Notes: generated by a model from the sequence alone, not told the origin. A stretch of 64,000 bases of DNA from Eledone cirrhosa (GCA_964016885.1 OZ024741.1:327794001-327858000); one strand, 5' to 3'; numbered from the stretch's first letter, positions 11,660 through 25,213 are shown. Numbers and translations: made by a program.

Positions 11660-14600
11660 CTACAGGCTGATAAAGAGAGAAGGCCCATTCACACGGGCCA
11701 TTCTCTCTCCATTCTGATCCTTCTCTTAAAATGGTATTTAAAGAAAAGGACCAGTTGTTGACCGGAGAGAATGGTGTCCGACCTCAGCCCATTCAAACGT
11801 GTCCACCAAACCACCTCTTTCACCATGGCTATTACACAGAGGAAGACCGCCTCTCCTTCATTTTTGAAGGGGGGAGGCGGCTTGATCGTTGTAATGGACT
11901 CGGTGTTTAATAGGATTGGTCCCACCCGTGACAGCAGTCGTTCTACGTAGCCCCACAGATCTGCAACGGCGGAGCAGTGTACCAATGCGTGTGCAACGGT
12001 TTCCTCGTCGCGCACGCATCTGGGACAGATCTTTTTCGAGGGGTCCCTACCCGGGCGCCCGTGTCTGTAGAGCTTTTCTCGAACGGGCAGCGCCCCGCGG
12101 TAGCACTTCCAGGCCAGGGACCTCTGGAAGTTGTCCATAGGTCCCGGGACAAATGTCCTCCCGAATAGGCTGGCCTGTTCGTCTTCCTCCATGCCTAGGG
12201 CTTGTCCGAGAGCGTCTTCGCACCTACTAACCACCAGCCCTCTATAGAATGACGAGGTGTAGTCTCCACCGATAGCCGGATCCGCCAGCCAGAGAGCCGT
12301 GAGCGCCTGGGCACATTCGGTGTGCCAGGCGCCTAGTTTTCTCGGTCTTTGCTTGACCCAGGACTGCAGCTCGGTGAGCAAGATGAGTCTCGGAAAGGCT
12401 CGCCTCACAAACGGGGCCCACACCGGTTGACTGGTGAGGAATACCTGGAGGTGCCGTAGCCTTAATGCGTGTTTACGCATCAGCAGCCACGGCATCCCCA
12501 GCCCTCCTTTCGAATGGTGTTGACAGCAGATGGATCTTCTCACCAAAGGAGCCCACTTCTTCCAAAGGAATTTGAAGATTGCGCGCTCCATTTTGGTGAG
12601 CGTTTCCCTTGGGCAAGGCACGACGGTAGGTGGTAATAGATGATGGACGCTATATAAGAGTTCGCCACCTCCGCCCGACCTTTCAGGGATAGTTTGCACT
12701 CAGCCCACTTCTGCGTCATCGCAAACACCCTGTTCGATACCTCACCCCAGTTCTTCTCCACCTGGGAGTCTGGCCCAAACCAGACTCCGAGCAACTTCAT
12801 CGGGCCCTCAGTCCAATGTCCGACGAAGCCGTTGGAGGCCATCGGTTTGCCCCTCCACTCGCCGAGTTGCAAACCGACTGACTTGTCCCGGTTCAGCTTA
12901 GCCCCTGTAAACTTTTCGTATTCCTCCAGTAAGGTGCCGATCACCCCGATTTCGAAGGCGGTTGACACTATTACTGTCACGTCATCGGCGTAGGCCGACA
13001 CCGCTTTCCGCAATCCCGGTTCCAAAGGGATGACCTGTAACAAGTCCAACTGCCGCAGCAGTGGCTCTACGGCCAATACATACAGAAGGGAGGAGAGAGG
13101 GCATCCCTGTCGGATGGACCGCGTGATCTCGAATGGCTACGAGAGGTAGCCGTTTACCTTGACCCTAGAGCAGATGCGGCTTCTGTGCATGGCAGTGATA
13201 CAACGCCTGAAAACAGGTCCGAAACCTTCCGCCGCTAACACCGCATCCAGGTAACGATGGTCGACCCTTCGCACGTCTTAAATTGATCCAAGTTGATCAG
13301 AGTCCCACCAAAGCCGGGTTCGTTCCCAACCCTCTCTATGATGTATCGCATGAGATGGAGGTTGTTGTGAATGGACCTGGACGGGATGGCGCATGTCTGC
13401 GCATATCCCCCCAGGTTGCCCACGACAAGCGCCAGCCTCTTTGCTAACACCTTGGCCAAATTCTTTAACTCTACATTTAGCATAGTTATGGGCCTAAAAT
13501 TATTATTTCATCCCCCTTGTTCTCGTCCTTCCTCACTATAGAGACTAGGCCCTTGGTCACAGAACAGGGAATTCTCCCGTTCTGTTGCCAGGTGCAGTAC
13601 ACTGCCTCGAGGAGATCGAAAAACAAGTCTGGTATACTTAAATACAGTTCGTATGGAAGACCATAGAGGCCCCAAGATTTGTGTCTGCCACATTGGCTCC
13701 GCACGTCCCCTATTTCAGCAGCTGAGATAGGCTTCTCGCAGGACTTCGCCTCCTCGTCCGAAAGATGCGGAGGCCGTCGAGGTATGGACCGAGGTCCACA
13801 TCCCCATCCGGCCCCTCGGGCCTTCCGAACTAACGGGCAAAGTGCCTTTGAAAGGCCTCGCACATCTGCTAAGGTTCAAGGATTACCCGACTATCCTGGT
13901 CTCGCAAAGACCGGATAGTGGGCTTTTCCCGCTTTTGGCTTCTGTCACGCGGGCCCAGCTAACAGCTTTGGTCCCTTCGTTTCCCAGGGCACGTATTTTG
14001 CTTCGGACAACGCAGCCTTCGTGTTTCGCATCGAAGCACTGGCCCAAGGCCGTTCTCGGCGCTAGCACTCTGCCTACGTCACCGCTTCTAATTGCCTCTT
14101 TTACACTATCTACCAACTCCCATTCCTTCCTATTTCTATCTGAGGCTAACTCCTTACTAACTCCTATTGAAGCTACTCTAATCTCTCTTTTGAGAACCCC
14201 ACCACCTGCTGTTGACGAGGGCGCCCATCAACCGCTCCTTAACTAAAGTACTAATCTGGTCCCTGTAAGCTCTACTTGCCGGTGAGGACAAGATGAGCTT
14301 CCAGTAACTGGGCCCCTGTCTATGCGTTTTATCAAGGTTTACCATGGAGGTCTCTAACTTGTGGTCTGAATAGCTAACCATGAGCATTTCTGAACACCTT
14401 AAAAAGTCCCTCTCCTTATTTCTAACTCAGAACCTATCTAGGTACGATATATAATGATCACTGTGGTTGTCCAAGTCCAGGTTGGCACAGTTGGAAAAAT
14501 CTAGTCGATATCTATCGGCCAGGTCGAATCAGCCGATTAACCCCTTGAGGCTGTTACAACGCCCTCTATCAGGACATGCCCCTACATAGTCCCAACGTGC

Positions 14601-15042
14601 ATCTAGGATACTATTCCAGTCCCCCACTAAAAGCAAGGAGCGGGGTGTCCCTACAAAAGTCTCCAAACGATGGAAGAGGTCCGCCCGCTTTGACCCAAAA
14701 GGGGCGTAGACGGCGACCAGCCTAAAAGCTCCGTCTTCCTCACTGCAAAGATCGAGAACCAATAGTCTACCCTTCGGGTCCAAGTTTACCGTCTGTGTAG
14801 CGAGACCCAGATGTTTTTGCAGCAGAACGACAACCCCACCCCCACCTCCGGGCTGACAGAGAGATGCGTGCATCTCAAAGTCATCAGGGGGGGGGGGGCA
14901 GCTGTCGCACGCTGCTAATCCGTGCCTCGCAAATAACCATCACATTAATACATCGTGACCTGAAGTTATTTTGAAGTATAGGATGCTTCCAAGGTGAGCC
15001 TAGGCCACGCGCATTTAGACAACCTACTCTTAACACAGCCAT
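11660..15042 (-). pseudogene. ORF2 APE-RT-zinc finger, frameshifted
   Basis: MAVLRVGCLNARGL, LLVGDWN, SYSDH, RQGCPLS region, YADD, KGGLGMP, CPRC..H...C. Confidence 0.92.
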
Positions 15043-15066
15043 GTTGGTGGTAAAGTGAAAATGCAC

Positions 15067-16630
15067 TTACCTCTCTGTGTCCAGGGAACCGGGCCGCCCA
15101 ATTTCCATGGGGGTGGGGGATGGGTTGTTGGGTGGTGGTTTGTGGAAGTGTAGGGGCATCAGTGTGTGGCGGGGTTGAGGTGTTTGGAGTTGTGTGGGTG
15201 TCTTGGGAGGAGGGGGGGGCTTGGGGTTAGGAGGACACAGCTAATGGGTCTGACGCAGGAGTTCCCCACGTCCTGTTTAAAAGTGTCTTTTAAATTTTTG
15301 TATGTCCATTTGGGCTTTTATCATTTTTAGATGGGGAAGCACCGTTGCTTGTGCGAAATTCGAACCTTCGGTTTTTATTAAGTTGTTATTATAAATAACG
15401 TTTGACAGGTTTTTGTTTATTGTGTTTATGTAAGTGTATGCATATTTTTCTTTTTTGTGTGATGTTTTTTGTTTGCTGTTGTTGTGTGTTTTTTGTGTTG
15501 ATGTCTGTGTTATGTATTGGGGAGGGGTTGTTTGTATGTGTTCCTGTGGTGTGTTTTCTTTTTTTTCTTTTAACTTCATGAAAGTGTCCCCCCCCCCTCG
15601 TCTGACGACGAAAGGGGGTCGTCTTCCGTATTCGAGGGGAGGGGTTCATTTTCGGCTCGTGTTTATGGTGTGGGTGTTATTGTATTTGTTTTCTGTGTGC
15701 GTGTGTGGGGTGGATGATTATTTTCAGTTGTGTTTTAACTTGTGGTGTTAGTTGTTTTTGTGGTGGTGGTGGTGGTGGAGGTTGTGTTGGTAGTGTTGTA
15801 GTTGTTGGTGTGGGAAAAATCGGTGTTTTTTTGTTTGCTTGGGAACCGGCAGCCCTCAGGTGACCTCTGCCACCACAGAGGTAACAAGCGGGTCGTACCC
15901 GCCACTGTGATGTGTAAGTGGGCAAGCCCATCCAGCAATATGCAGTAAGACTTACCTACCGAAATTACACGTTGCTGGAAGACTTACTTACCGAAATTAC
16001 TGCATCCTCTTTAAAGTCGAAGAGGCCACACAGTACCGCCCAGAAATCAATATCTGGATCGATACTGTGTATGGTCAATCTTTGTGTTCTTCTTCCCAAA
16101 TAAATGGGGAAGAAGGTAAATATGGGGGACACAATTGGGACCAGGGAATGTTTTTCTGCCGTCAATTTATCTATCATTCGGATGGATAGACTACCGTAGA
16201 GTCTATCCTTCCGAATGAATACAATATTTTTCTGATGATCTTTTAAAGCCAGTTCAATCTCTGTCCGTGAGAGTTGTACTGGCTTACGGGTTTTGTTGGA
16301 TATTGTCCTATAAATAATAGTTTTTAAGCTATTTTCCTTTTTTAGCTCTGGGGAAGAATTTAAAGAAAATAGATCATTCTCCTCCAAAGTTATATACTTC
16401 CGTGCATTTTCCATTTGCTGGGCCATGTTTGAAATGTCAATAGGTTCATACACAATGGTTTTTTTGGTAGTTTGAGCGAACGTCAATTTCTACGCCCCCT
16501 CTTTGTTTACATTTGTCGAAATGTGGTTGTTTTCTTGTTTTTTGTTGTTACGATTTTCATTTTTTGTTGTGTTTCTGTTATTTATGTTGATGTATGCGTT
16601 CACATTTTTCCCCGTTGGGGTTAGACTCCA
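15067..16630 (-). pseudogene. ORF1 with degenerate CCHC zinc knuckle
   Basis: TFAQTTK..FIRKDRLYGSL..YLGRRTQR; CYLCGGRGHLRAAG knuckle at about 15850-15895; start uncertain. Confidence 0.75.
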
Positions 16631-17468
16631 TTTTTTTCAAAATGTTCACTTATATTTTCAGTATCCGAGAGACGTGTAGTCACAGCTACTACGTCTCTTT
16701 CACCTTTGCTGGCGGGCGTGGCGCCGTGAAAAGTCGAAACGGCATCCATTAATGTTGGCAATTTCTCCGAGTCAATTTTTTAAATATTTTTTTCATTAGG
16801 GTTAGGCTCCATTTTTTCAATGTTTCTAATAATCATTATTTTTTCAGTAGGGAAGCTTGTTGCCCCGCTACCCGCTCTCCTTCAGTTTGTTTAGTGGGTG
16901 TGTCATCGGTACCTGTGGTAATGGCTTCCATTACCATTAGCGTATAGACAATGACAAGATTTTTAGGATGAAAAATTTCACCCCAAAAGGGGTGAAATAA
17001 ATTAACCCAGATGTCCGAAGACCCAGGCAAGGGGGTTAATTAACACAATAACGCAATAAGAGAATAACGTAATATATCCAATAATCGTGGGGCCGATGTG
17101 AAGAACGTCTATACCATCCGAAGATAGATAGATAGTGTTTGCAGCAGTACATTTAACTATGCACAAATATTATAGATGGAAAGAGTTAGATAGACTAGAA
17201 AATTAAATCACACGAATATTGTTTCAATATAGAACACTGGTAACCTTTGTAAATATTCATTTTTAGTGGTCAGCATCTTTAAAATTCAATTTTTTTGACA
17301 AACATTCCTTCCTTTATAAATATAATCTCATAGTTTAGTAGTTATAATGTTATATATTACAGAATGATGTATTAACATTTAACAACGCGTTGGCCACTTT
17401 GCCGGATATCAAAGCCCATAAACGATTCTGATGGCAACATGCGTGATGTATGTGAATATGTGAATATG

Positions 17469-17554
<86 letters not shown>

Positions 17555-17758
17555 TATATAAGATAATAGTTTAACATAATAATAACGAAGGCAAGTTATT
17601 TTATAGATTCATTTCATTGATTTTTTTACGATCATTTCGGGGCCTTTATCACATTTACACATTGACTGATCTATAACAGTTATTTACAAATATTATAGAT
17701 GAAAAGATTCAGATGGACTAGAAAATTAAATCACGCTTATATTTCCCAATATACAACA

Positions 17759-17812
<54 letters not shown>

Positions 17813-17816
<4 letters not shown>

Positions 17817-19205
17817 TGGCTGCAAACTCTGCTAAGAGGGTTGCAATCGCTTGTCAGGAAGACTTGCACTCTTTCGCACATTGACGACAACGAACCTTCA
17901 CAATACGGTGGTTTGGTTCAGCCTGGCTCAGAAAGTTTACCCATGTATGCCTTCATGTCATCGTGGAAGAGCTTCAGTATGTGTATACGCTTTTCAGGAC
18001 AGCCCAATCTCTCCAAAATAACCCACGAAGCCTTCCGATTTATGGTGTTAAATGCCTTGGTCAGATCGACAAAACTTTGGTATAAGTTTATGCACTGCCC
18101 AATGCATTTTTCTTGAAGTTGTTTGGCGGAGAAGACTATGTCAACAGTGCCACTGCCATTCCTAAAGCCACATTGGCACTCAGAAAGTACCTCAATAGCA
18201 ATGTGCTGTATCAATCTGTCCGAAAATATCCTGCACAAGATCTTCCCAGCCGCAGATAGCAGTGAAATACCTCTGTAGTTGCCACAGTCATCTTTGGCTC
18301 CCTTTCCTTTGTAAAGTACCATCTTTCTAGTCCTTCACTACATCCACTTCATTCCCAACATTCCCAAAGAGATAAGTGAGATCGTTTAAGAAGTTATCTC
18401 CAGCACACTTCGAGATCCCGACACTCAGTCCTTCCATTTCAGCAGATTTGCCGCTGTTTAACTTGGCAATATACTTCGCCACCTCATCAAATGAAGGAGG
18501 ATCAGCCATTGCCAGCTTTTTAGGTGGAATCGACAGGATGAATTCATCATCGTTTTTTGATGGAGCAGCTCATCAAAGTGGTCATGGATTTCCTTCGGAT
18601 CAGGATTTCCTTCGGATCTCTGAGCAATTCCTAGCCGTCGTTGGAGCGACGTTCTGATATTTGTGGACCGGTTGGACCATGAACCTCCCTGAGCAGATTG
18701 TATAAGAGCTTTGTATCATGTCTATCTGAGGTCTTCTGGATTTCGTCAGCCTTTTTTGTCCACCAGGTATCTTGATTGGCTCTCAATTGGTGTTGCACAG
18801 GTAGCTTGATCGGCTTGAAGGTCTCGATCTTTGCATCATTTTCATCGAACCAGTCCTTATGCGTTCTATTGGTATGACCTATAACTCCAGAACTGACATA
18901 ACAGACGGTTTTCTTGAATGGTTCCGACGTGTTTTTACATTTCATGGACTCAAGAGACTTCGATAGCTCAGCTCTGGCTTCTGTCTTCAGACGAGCCACC
19001 TTTAGTCGTTTTGGAGATGCAACCTTCTTCCCCTAACTTTTGGCTTCACAATAAAATGAAGGTTGGCACACACCAGACGATGCTCAGTCCCAGATTCCGC
19101 GCCTCGCGATACACGGACCAATTTGATATCCCTGACATCACATTTCTCCTTAAAGTAAGGTCAATAACTTGCCATTTCTTGGAACATGGATGCATCCAAA
19201 TTGTC
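17813..19205 (-). mobile_element. RTE (BovB-like) LINE fragment, end of APE plus RT N-terminus
   Basis: [71 protein letters not shown]. Confidence 0.9.
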
Positions 19206-19230
19206 TTATATTTGTCATACATATATAGAT

Positions 19231-19293
<63 letters not shown>

Positions 19294-19305
19294 TATACAT
19301 CTATT

Positions 19306-19422
<117 letters not shown>

Positions 19423-19441
19423 GTGTATATATATATATATA

Positions 19442-20083
19442 ATAGACGAAACTTGCTGCGTTTCACACATATATTTTGTAAGGAAATGATGATTGATTTT
19501 AAATCAGTGATATGATTTATGGAGAAATGCATTTCAATATTACTCATGTAAAATGTAATGCATGAAAAATTGAAAAACATTATTTTTTGTGATATATCAA
19601 ATCAAAATTACATTATTAAATATTATTCTTATTTTGTTTCTTGTAAATATTTTTTTTCAAAATATAAATTCTAAACTTTTGTGAATAGGCATCATATCTT
19701 GTCATTTACGTATGGTTTAAATTTCAGATAAATCGAAGGGAACAAATTTCAGATGGGATTTGTGCCCCCCGGGAACCCTTATAGGGCGTTTAACCCCCTA
19801 TGGTTTCTTAATATTATTGAAATTTGCTGAGATCTTGTGAATAGGTATCGTATACTGTCATTTACCTATGGTTTAAATTTCATATAAATCGAAGGGAAAA
19901 GATTTTCAGCGGGGGTTTGTGCCCCCAGGGAACCCTTTGATTAAAATGAAATATACTTACCCAAGTACACTGGTCAATGTAGTTACAGAATATATATGGT
20001 TTTGGGCGTCTATCTTCAAAACCGTAGGAGGAGTTCATGAACAAGCAAACAAATAAACAGACAGGAACTACAACTTTTATATA
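19442..20083 (-). mobile_element. Non-autonomous Helitron of the same family as 2290-3182, without helicase
   Basis: Reverse-complement similarity to 2295-2590 and 3080-3170; subterminal hairpin gaaac..gtttc near 19447-19464; internal duplication of about 160 bp. Confidence 0.65.
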
Positions 20084-20812
20084 TACGTGGTGTGTCAGAA
20101 TAGTTCCAGGACTGATGTCACAAAAGATTTATTTCAAATCTAAACTTCACATTAAGAGTTCCTCCTTCAAAGTAATTCCCCTGGAGTCTAATGCACTCTT
20201 CTATCCTTTTCTGCCACGTTTGCATGCGCTCCTGGAAGGATTCTTCCGTGATGCTCCGCAGTTCCGTCGTCACGGCCTTTTTGATGTCGTCCACGTCTTC
20301 AAAACGGGTCCCCTCCGAGTCGTACTCGAAGATCCATGACTCATCACCGGTGATGACTGTCCCTAGCAAGTCTAGTTCGGTTTCAAGACGCTCGAGGATA
20401 TCCCGGCACACTTGCATTCGTCGACCCTTCTGATCATCGTTCCGCAGTTTTGGCACCATCTTCGCTCAGACTGTCCGCATTTCCAAATCCTCAGTGAGAA
20501 TCTTCCAGACGCTGTCCCGATTAATGCCCAGCTCATTTGAAATCAGTCGAACAGTCAGCCGACGATCGCTACGCACCATCTGCCTGACGCGCTCAACGTT
20601 GACCTCAGTCCTGGTTGTTGAGGGCCTTCCGCTCCTGGGCTCATCTTGCACCACTCAAAAACACGTGAGCGTGACATCGTCTCATCTCCGTACACTTGCT
20701 GCAGCAATCCCACTGCTTCTGATGGAGTTTTCCCCAACCGTACCAGAAACTTCAAGTTTGTTCGTTGCTCTGTGCTGATTGCTTGAAACAGAGGACATGA
20801 AACAGAGGACAT
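20084..20812 (-). mobile_element. mariner transposon remnant with internally deleted transposase
   Basis: EQRTNLKFLVRLGKT, DEPRSGRP, MVPK, ITGDESWIFEYD joined directly to GTRFEDVDDIK..GNYFEG; TIR tacgtggtgtgtcagaatagttcc at 20084. Confidence 0.9.
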
Positions 20813-20908
20813 GCTAGCTCACATATTCATTTCCCTATATGTAAATATATTTACAGTCCATATATATTACATGCATACACACACACATACACACACATAT
20901 CAACACAT

Positions 20909-20965
<57 letters not shown>

Positions 20966-21016
20966 CCCATACACACATATATACACATACATATATATAT
21001 ATATATACACACACAT

Positions 21017-21050
<34 letters not shown>

Positions 21051-21058
21051 ACACACAT

Positions 21059-21107
<49 letters not shown>

Positions 21108-21299
21108 ATACATGCATACATATATACACACACATATGCACACATACATATAAACATGTACACATATATCTGTACACCTACAGACACATATATTGAAAAA
21201 AATAAATCTATACATATATGTAGACACATTACTCAAGTGTTTAAGTTCATGTATACATTGGTGTGGGGAAGGGGAAATTCATGAAATGTTATTGTACGT

Positions 21300-21865
21300 C
21301 TGATGGTTTTTCTTCTCTTCAGCGAATTTTAAAAGTACGGGTATCATCAACTATTTTTCTTTTTCAATATGAGATTTTTCTTAAAGACAAGAGAGGGGGA
21401 GAATCCCGTTACTTAGGTTACTTAGAGATGGAATATCACTTTTTGTGCTCAGTAGTGGTTTGTATTTTCTAATAAAGAATTCTTTTATATTTTCGGAAAT
21501 GTTCGTTGTCCGACCATATCTTTAAGAAGGGAAAAATTGTGAAATTTCCCTTTCCGCATGATGCGAAGTTTTCACTGAATGTGGTGTTTCTGAAAAATTT
21601 GTTGTTTATGACCTCGAACTCTGTCATGTAGACCCGTTCCGGTTTCACCGTGTAGTATTCTTTAGATTGTAGGCAGGTTGCACAGTAAATCACGTTTTTT
21701 GTTTTGCAAAAGACTGGTTGTATTTAAAGGAGATTTGTCCACCCTCTTCAATGTGTTCACAAGTTCCGCATCGAGGCACCCGCATTTCTTAATTTGCATT
21801 GTTTCATTATTGGACGTAAATTTTGCCTTCGTAGGCAGTTTCTTTAGGTTGGGTGCTTGGCATCT
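21300..21865 (-). mobile_element. Penelope-like element 3' fragment (GIY-YIG endonuclease)
   Basis: Frameshifted QAPNLKKL.TKAKF, VIYCATC..SKEYY.GETGTGLHDRVRGHKQQI, CGKGNFTIFPFLK. Confidence 0.75.
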
Positions 21866-21881
21866 ACTATATATAATTTGT

Positions 21882-21978
<97 letters not shown>

Positions 21979-23017
21979 TATGTGTGCATGTGAGTGTGTG
22001 TGTGTGCGCGTGTGTATAATTACGCAATCTCGAGTGATCAGTGGCCTTTAGACTCACCTGATCAATGAAACAATTGTTAATACTGTAAATAAAAGCTTAT
22101 TGTACAGTCGACCATCTTATTCTTCACTCCTTCACTATTATTACTCCAAGAATTACCTACATGAGAATTCCTATAAACTCGCTACCTAACTAAGGAAACC
22201 TCTTGTTGAGTCAAACAACGCCGTTTGTTAAAACTATCCACAGTACAGACTACTCACAACCTCTAACTGGATTACCTAAAACGATAACTTGTTATCCCAT
22301 ACATCTATAATATTTTAAAGTTGAACGTCGTATGTATGTATTATGCATGTATGTATCCTACACCCCACACTATAGTTTCTTAACTTTACTCTCTCCGTCG
22401 CTTTTCCCTCTCTCTATAATAGGTCATTCACCCTCTCTATAATGTAAATGCTTTACTCTCTCTATCGCTCTTCATTCTCTATATGACAACACTGTTTTAG
22501 TTTCCTTATCTCCCTTCAATATATACACATAAAGAGAGAGATAAAGAGAGAGACAGAGAGGGAGCAGCAAGTGAGCGTTTTTCCAATGACGTTAAATCAA
22601 GTATCGCCATTAAAATAATTTTGAAATAAACAATGTGTATGATCAAATGTAGAGGTAATTAAAAAATAACGTTCATTTCCGTGGTATATCTTTCATCTGT
22701 CGTCGCTCGCATAAGTAACACACACACCCACGCACACACACATGCACAAACACACACACACATACAAACACGCATACACACACACACGCACACACTCACA
22801 CACTCACACACACACACACATACACACACAAATAGACATACTTTCACACCTGATTGCGCCAATTGTCGGATAACATCAAAACAAAACACACAGACGCACA
22901 CATGCACATACACACATACACAAACACACATACACATACACAAACACACACACACACACATATCTATACTTATAAAGCTGACGTTCATATATATGTATGT
23001 ATGTATGTATATTAACA

Positions 23018-23626
23018 TGTCAGGTCACCAGTTGGTGCTACTGGTAACATGTATCCCAGTACAACCTGTCCCATGGTCGGGTCGTTGGCGATTAAACTGG
23101 CAACCCCACCAAGGTTTCTTCGTGAGGAGGGTGATTTTGGACATCCTGCAGGACTAAAAACAAAACCTGTCAAAGGGCAAAAGAGCTCTTAAGAATCAAT
23201 GGCCATCCAAAATCACCGGGAGAGATGACCTTTTAGCCTTTGTCAAGGCAGAATTCTAGTAGAAGGAAAACTCTGATATAATACCTGCAACCCTGATGGT
23301 ATCCAATGATGTTGACTTGTTCTTCTTTTTGGTAAATATCATCTTGGTTAAGAGAGTGGGACTGGCTTTGTGCAGTGCCTTTGCTCACTATAAAAGCTTC
23401 ACGGCACAGGCATTGCTTTATATCTGAAGATCTCTCTGCACTTGTGGTCACATGGTACCATGGACCAAGCACTATGTGTCAATAATTGTCACAAGTGTAG
23501 TGCTTGTATCAGAGTTTTCAAGTCGCTGGCTGGACTAAAAAGTCACACTTGTTCAGCGCATCGGTAGGGGTTCTCCTACATGGATATAAAGTAGTGGCTG
23601 TACTCGAAAACGAGTTGGCAGCCACC
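23018..23626 (+). mobile_element. Non-autonomous non-LTR element with RTE-like 5' region and 13-bp TSD
   Basis: TSD atgtatattaaca at 23005-23017 and 23627-23639; tagaaggaaaactctga resembles RTE 5'UTRs (from memory); second copy at 33148-33578. Confidence 0.65.
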
Positions 23627-23801
23627 ATGTATATTAACAACACAGCTTAACTCTTTCTTTTTAAACTCATTTCTATGGTAGCTCCTCCCCTTTGATACGA
23701 AGTCGGAAGGACAACGTGACACGGGTGGGTGTGTGGTATCTTTGCACTGGAGTGGTGGGAGCAGGTATACCTAGCCGGGCGTCAGCCGGACGGGTCAGTT
23801 A

Positions 23802-23863
<62 letters not shown>

Positions 23864-24182
23864 ATATTTATTAAAATATATATATAATTGAAATATAAAT
23901 AATTCATCATCATATTTGTGACTGCAACCAAGTCTGGCAAACACACTGAAGAGAAAAATATGTTGATATAGAGTTTTATCTGGATATATCCTGAGTGTGT
24001 ATCCGAGAAGACCCCGATATCTATACAAATATAGAGATTTCTAATATGTAGACAAGTAAGAATAGAGAATACCCAGTCTGGGTTTCCCAAATTTTATATA
24101 TACTGACAGTATTTTATATCACACCTCAACTTAGCAAGTATAATTATAGCTATATATACATACATATATATATAAATATACA

Positions 24183-24378
24183 TATAGGAAAAAGTATGAC
24201 CCCGACGGCAGAGCTCAAGCCGTTTCGACGACTATTTCTGGACGCCAGAGATAACCGTCGAAACGGCTTGAGCCCTGCCGTCGGAGTCATACTTTTTCCT
24301 ATTCCCCACTCTAATACCCTAAGTATTGAGTACGCTGGTGCGTTATGGTCCATCTGGTTCCTTACCACAATTCCTTTG

Positions 24379-24380
<2 letters not shown>
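24183..24380 (+). mobile_element. PLE terminal repeat with 5' inversion, giving a 120-bp palindrome and a half-hammerhead
   Basis: 24183-24302 is a near-perfect inverted repeat; GAAA cggc ttgagccct gccg TC ggagt is the 3' half of a hammerhead; tail shared with 36886-36945. Confidence 0.6.
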
Positions 24381-24430
<50 letters not shown>

Positions 24431-24438
<8 letters not shown>

Positions 24439-24865
24439 ATACTTGGGGAGGGTCATATTTGTGTAATATTGCCAGAATTAATAACAGAACACACTCACTG
24501 TTTGGTTGGTTTTCGCTTCTCGCTGTCTTTTATATCTGTAACCTAGCTTACTCGGTCCTCAATGTTGCCATTGACTGACCGATGGTCAAAAATATCACAG
24601 ATACAATATAGACATAAACACATATATATAGTTTACATAATAGTTTACATGTAAATTATGTAAACTATATATATGTGTTTATGTCTATATTGTATCTGTG
24701 ATATTTTTGACCGTCGGTCAGTCAATGGCAACATTGAGGACCGAGTAAGCTAGATTACAGATATAAAAGACAGCGAGAAGCGAAAACCAACCAAACAGTG
24801 AGTGTGTTCTGTTATTAATTTTGGCAATAATACACAAATATGACCCTCCCCAAGTATAACAATAT
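24431..24865. repeat. Near-perfect palindrome of about 435 bp (arms about 210 bp)
   Basis: atattgttatacttggggagggtcat... mirrored by ...atgaccctccccaagtataacaatat, centre tttacatgtaaa near 24648; related single copies at about 27410-27490 and 55590-55700. Confidence 0.9.
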
Positions 24866-24904
24866 TTGTTTCGACACACGATTTCATATAAAAAAACCTC
24901 GCTA

Positions 24905-24973
<69 letters not shown>

Positions 24974-25178
24974 GAGGTTATATTTAATTTGTTGGGATTC
25001 AACAAGAGCGGATTTCAACCGTGGAGGTTGTCTTTTTTCCGGGTATGTCAATATTTATTTATAAAACAAATCTGTATTTTATCTGATGAAAGCGCACCAT
25101 AATTTACCTTGGTTGCCTTTGATATAACTATAATAAAATAATTATGGTTTTATAAATATAGTTTCCATTTATTAGTAT

Positions 25179-25213
<35 letters not shown>

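Larger units (their letters stand above)
11432..17120 (-). mobile_element. Full-length, decayed Tx1/L1-clade LINE (copy 2, diverged subfamily)
   Basis: Same domain order as copy 1; (GATA)n at 11387-11431 and gatagatagatag at about 17123-17135. Confidence 0.9.

Noticed and set aside
20118-20812. Domesticated SETMAR/GVQW3-like gene
   Set aside because: Frameshifted, most of the catalytic DD34D domain is deleted, and a TIR is present; ordinary dead mariner
22048-22082. CTGATCAatGAAAcaattgtt hammerhead-like string
   Set aside because: G8C breaks the C3-G8 pair, and helix II and helix I are absent; at most a decayed remnant
23018-23130. HDV-like or twister ribozyme at the 5' end of the RTE-like element
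   Set aside because: Could not place P1/P3/L3 or twister consensus nucleotides by eye
23233-23472. 79-aa ORF conserved in two copies (also 33185-33424)
   Set aside because: It is antisense to the retroposon; conservation is explained by recent duplication and there is no recognisable domain
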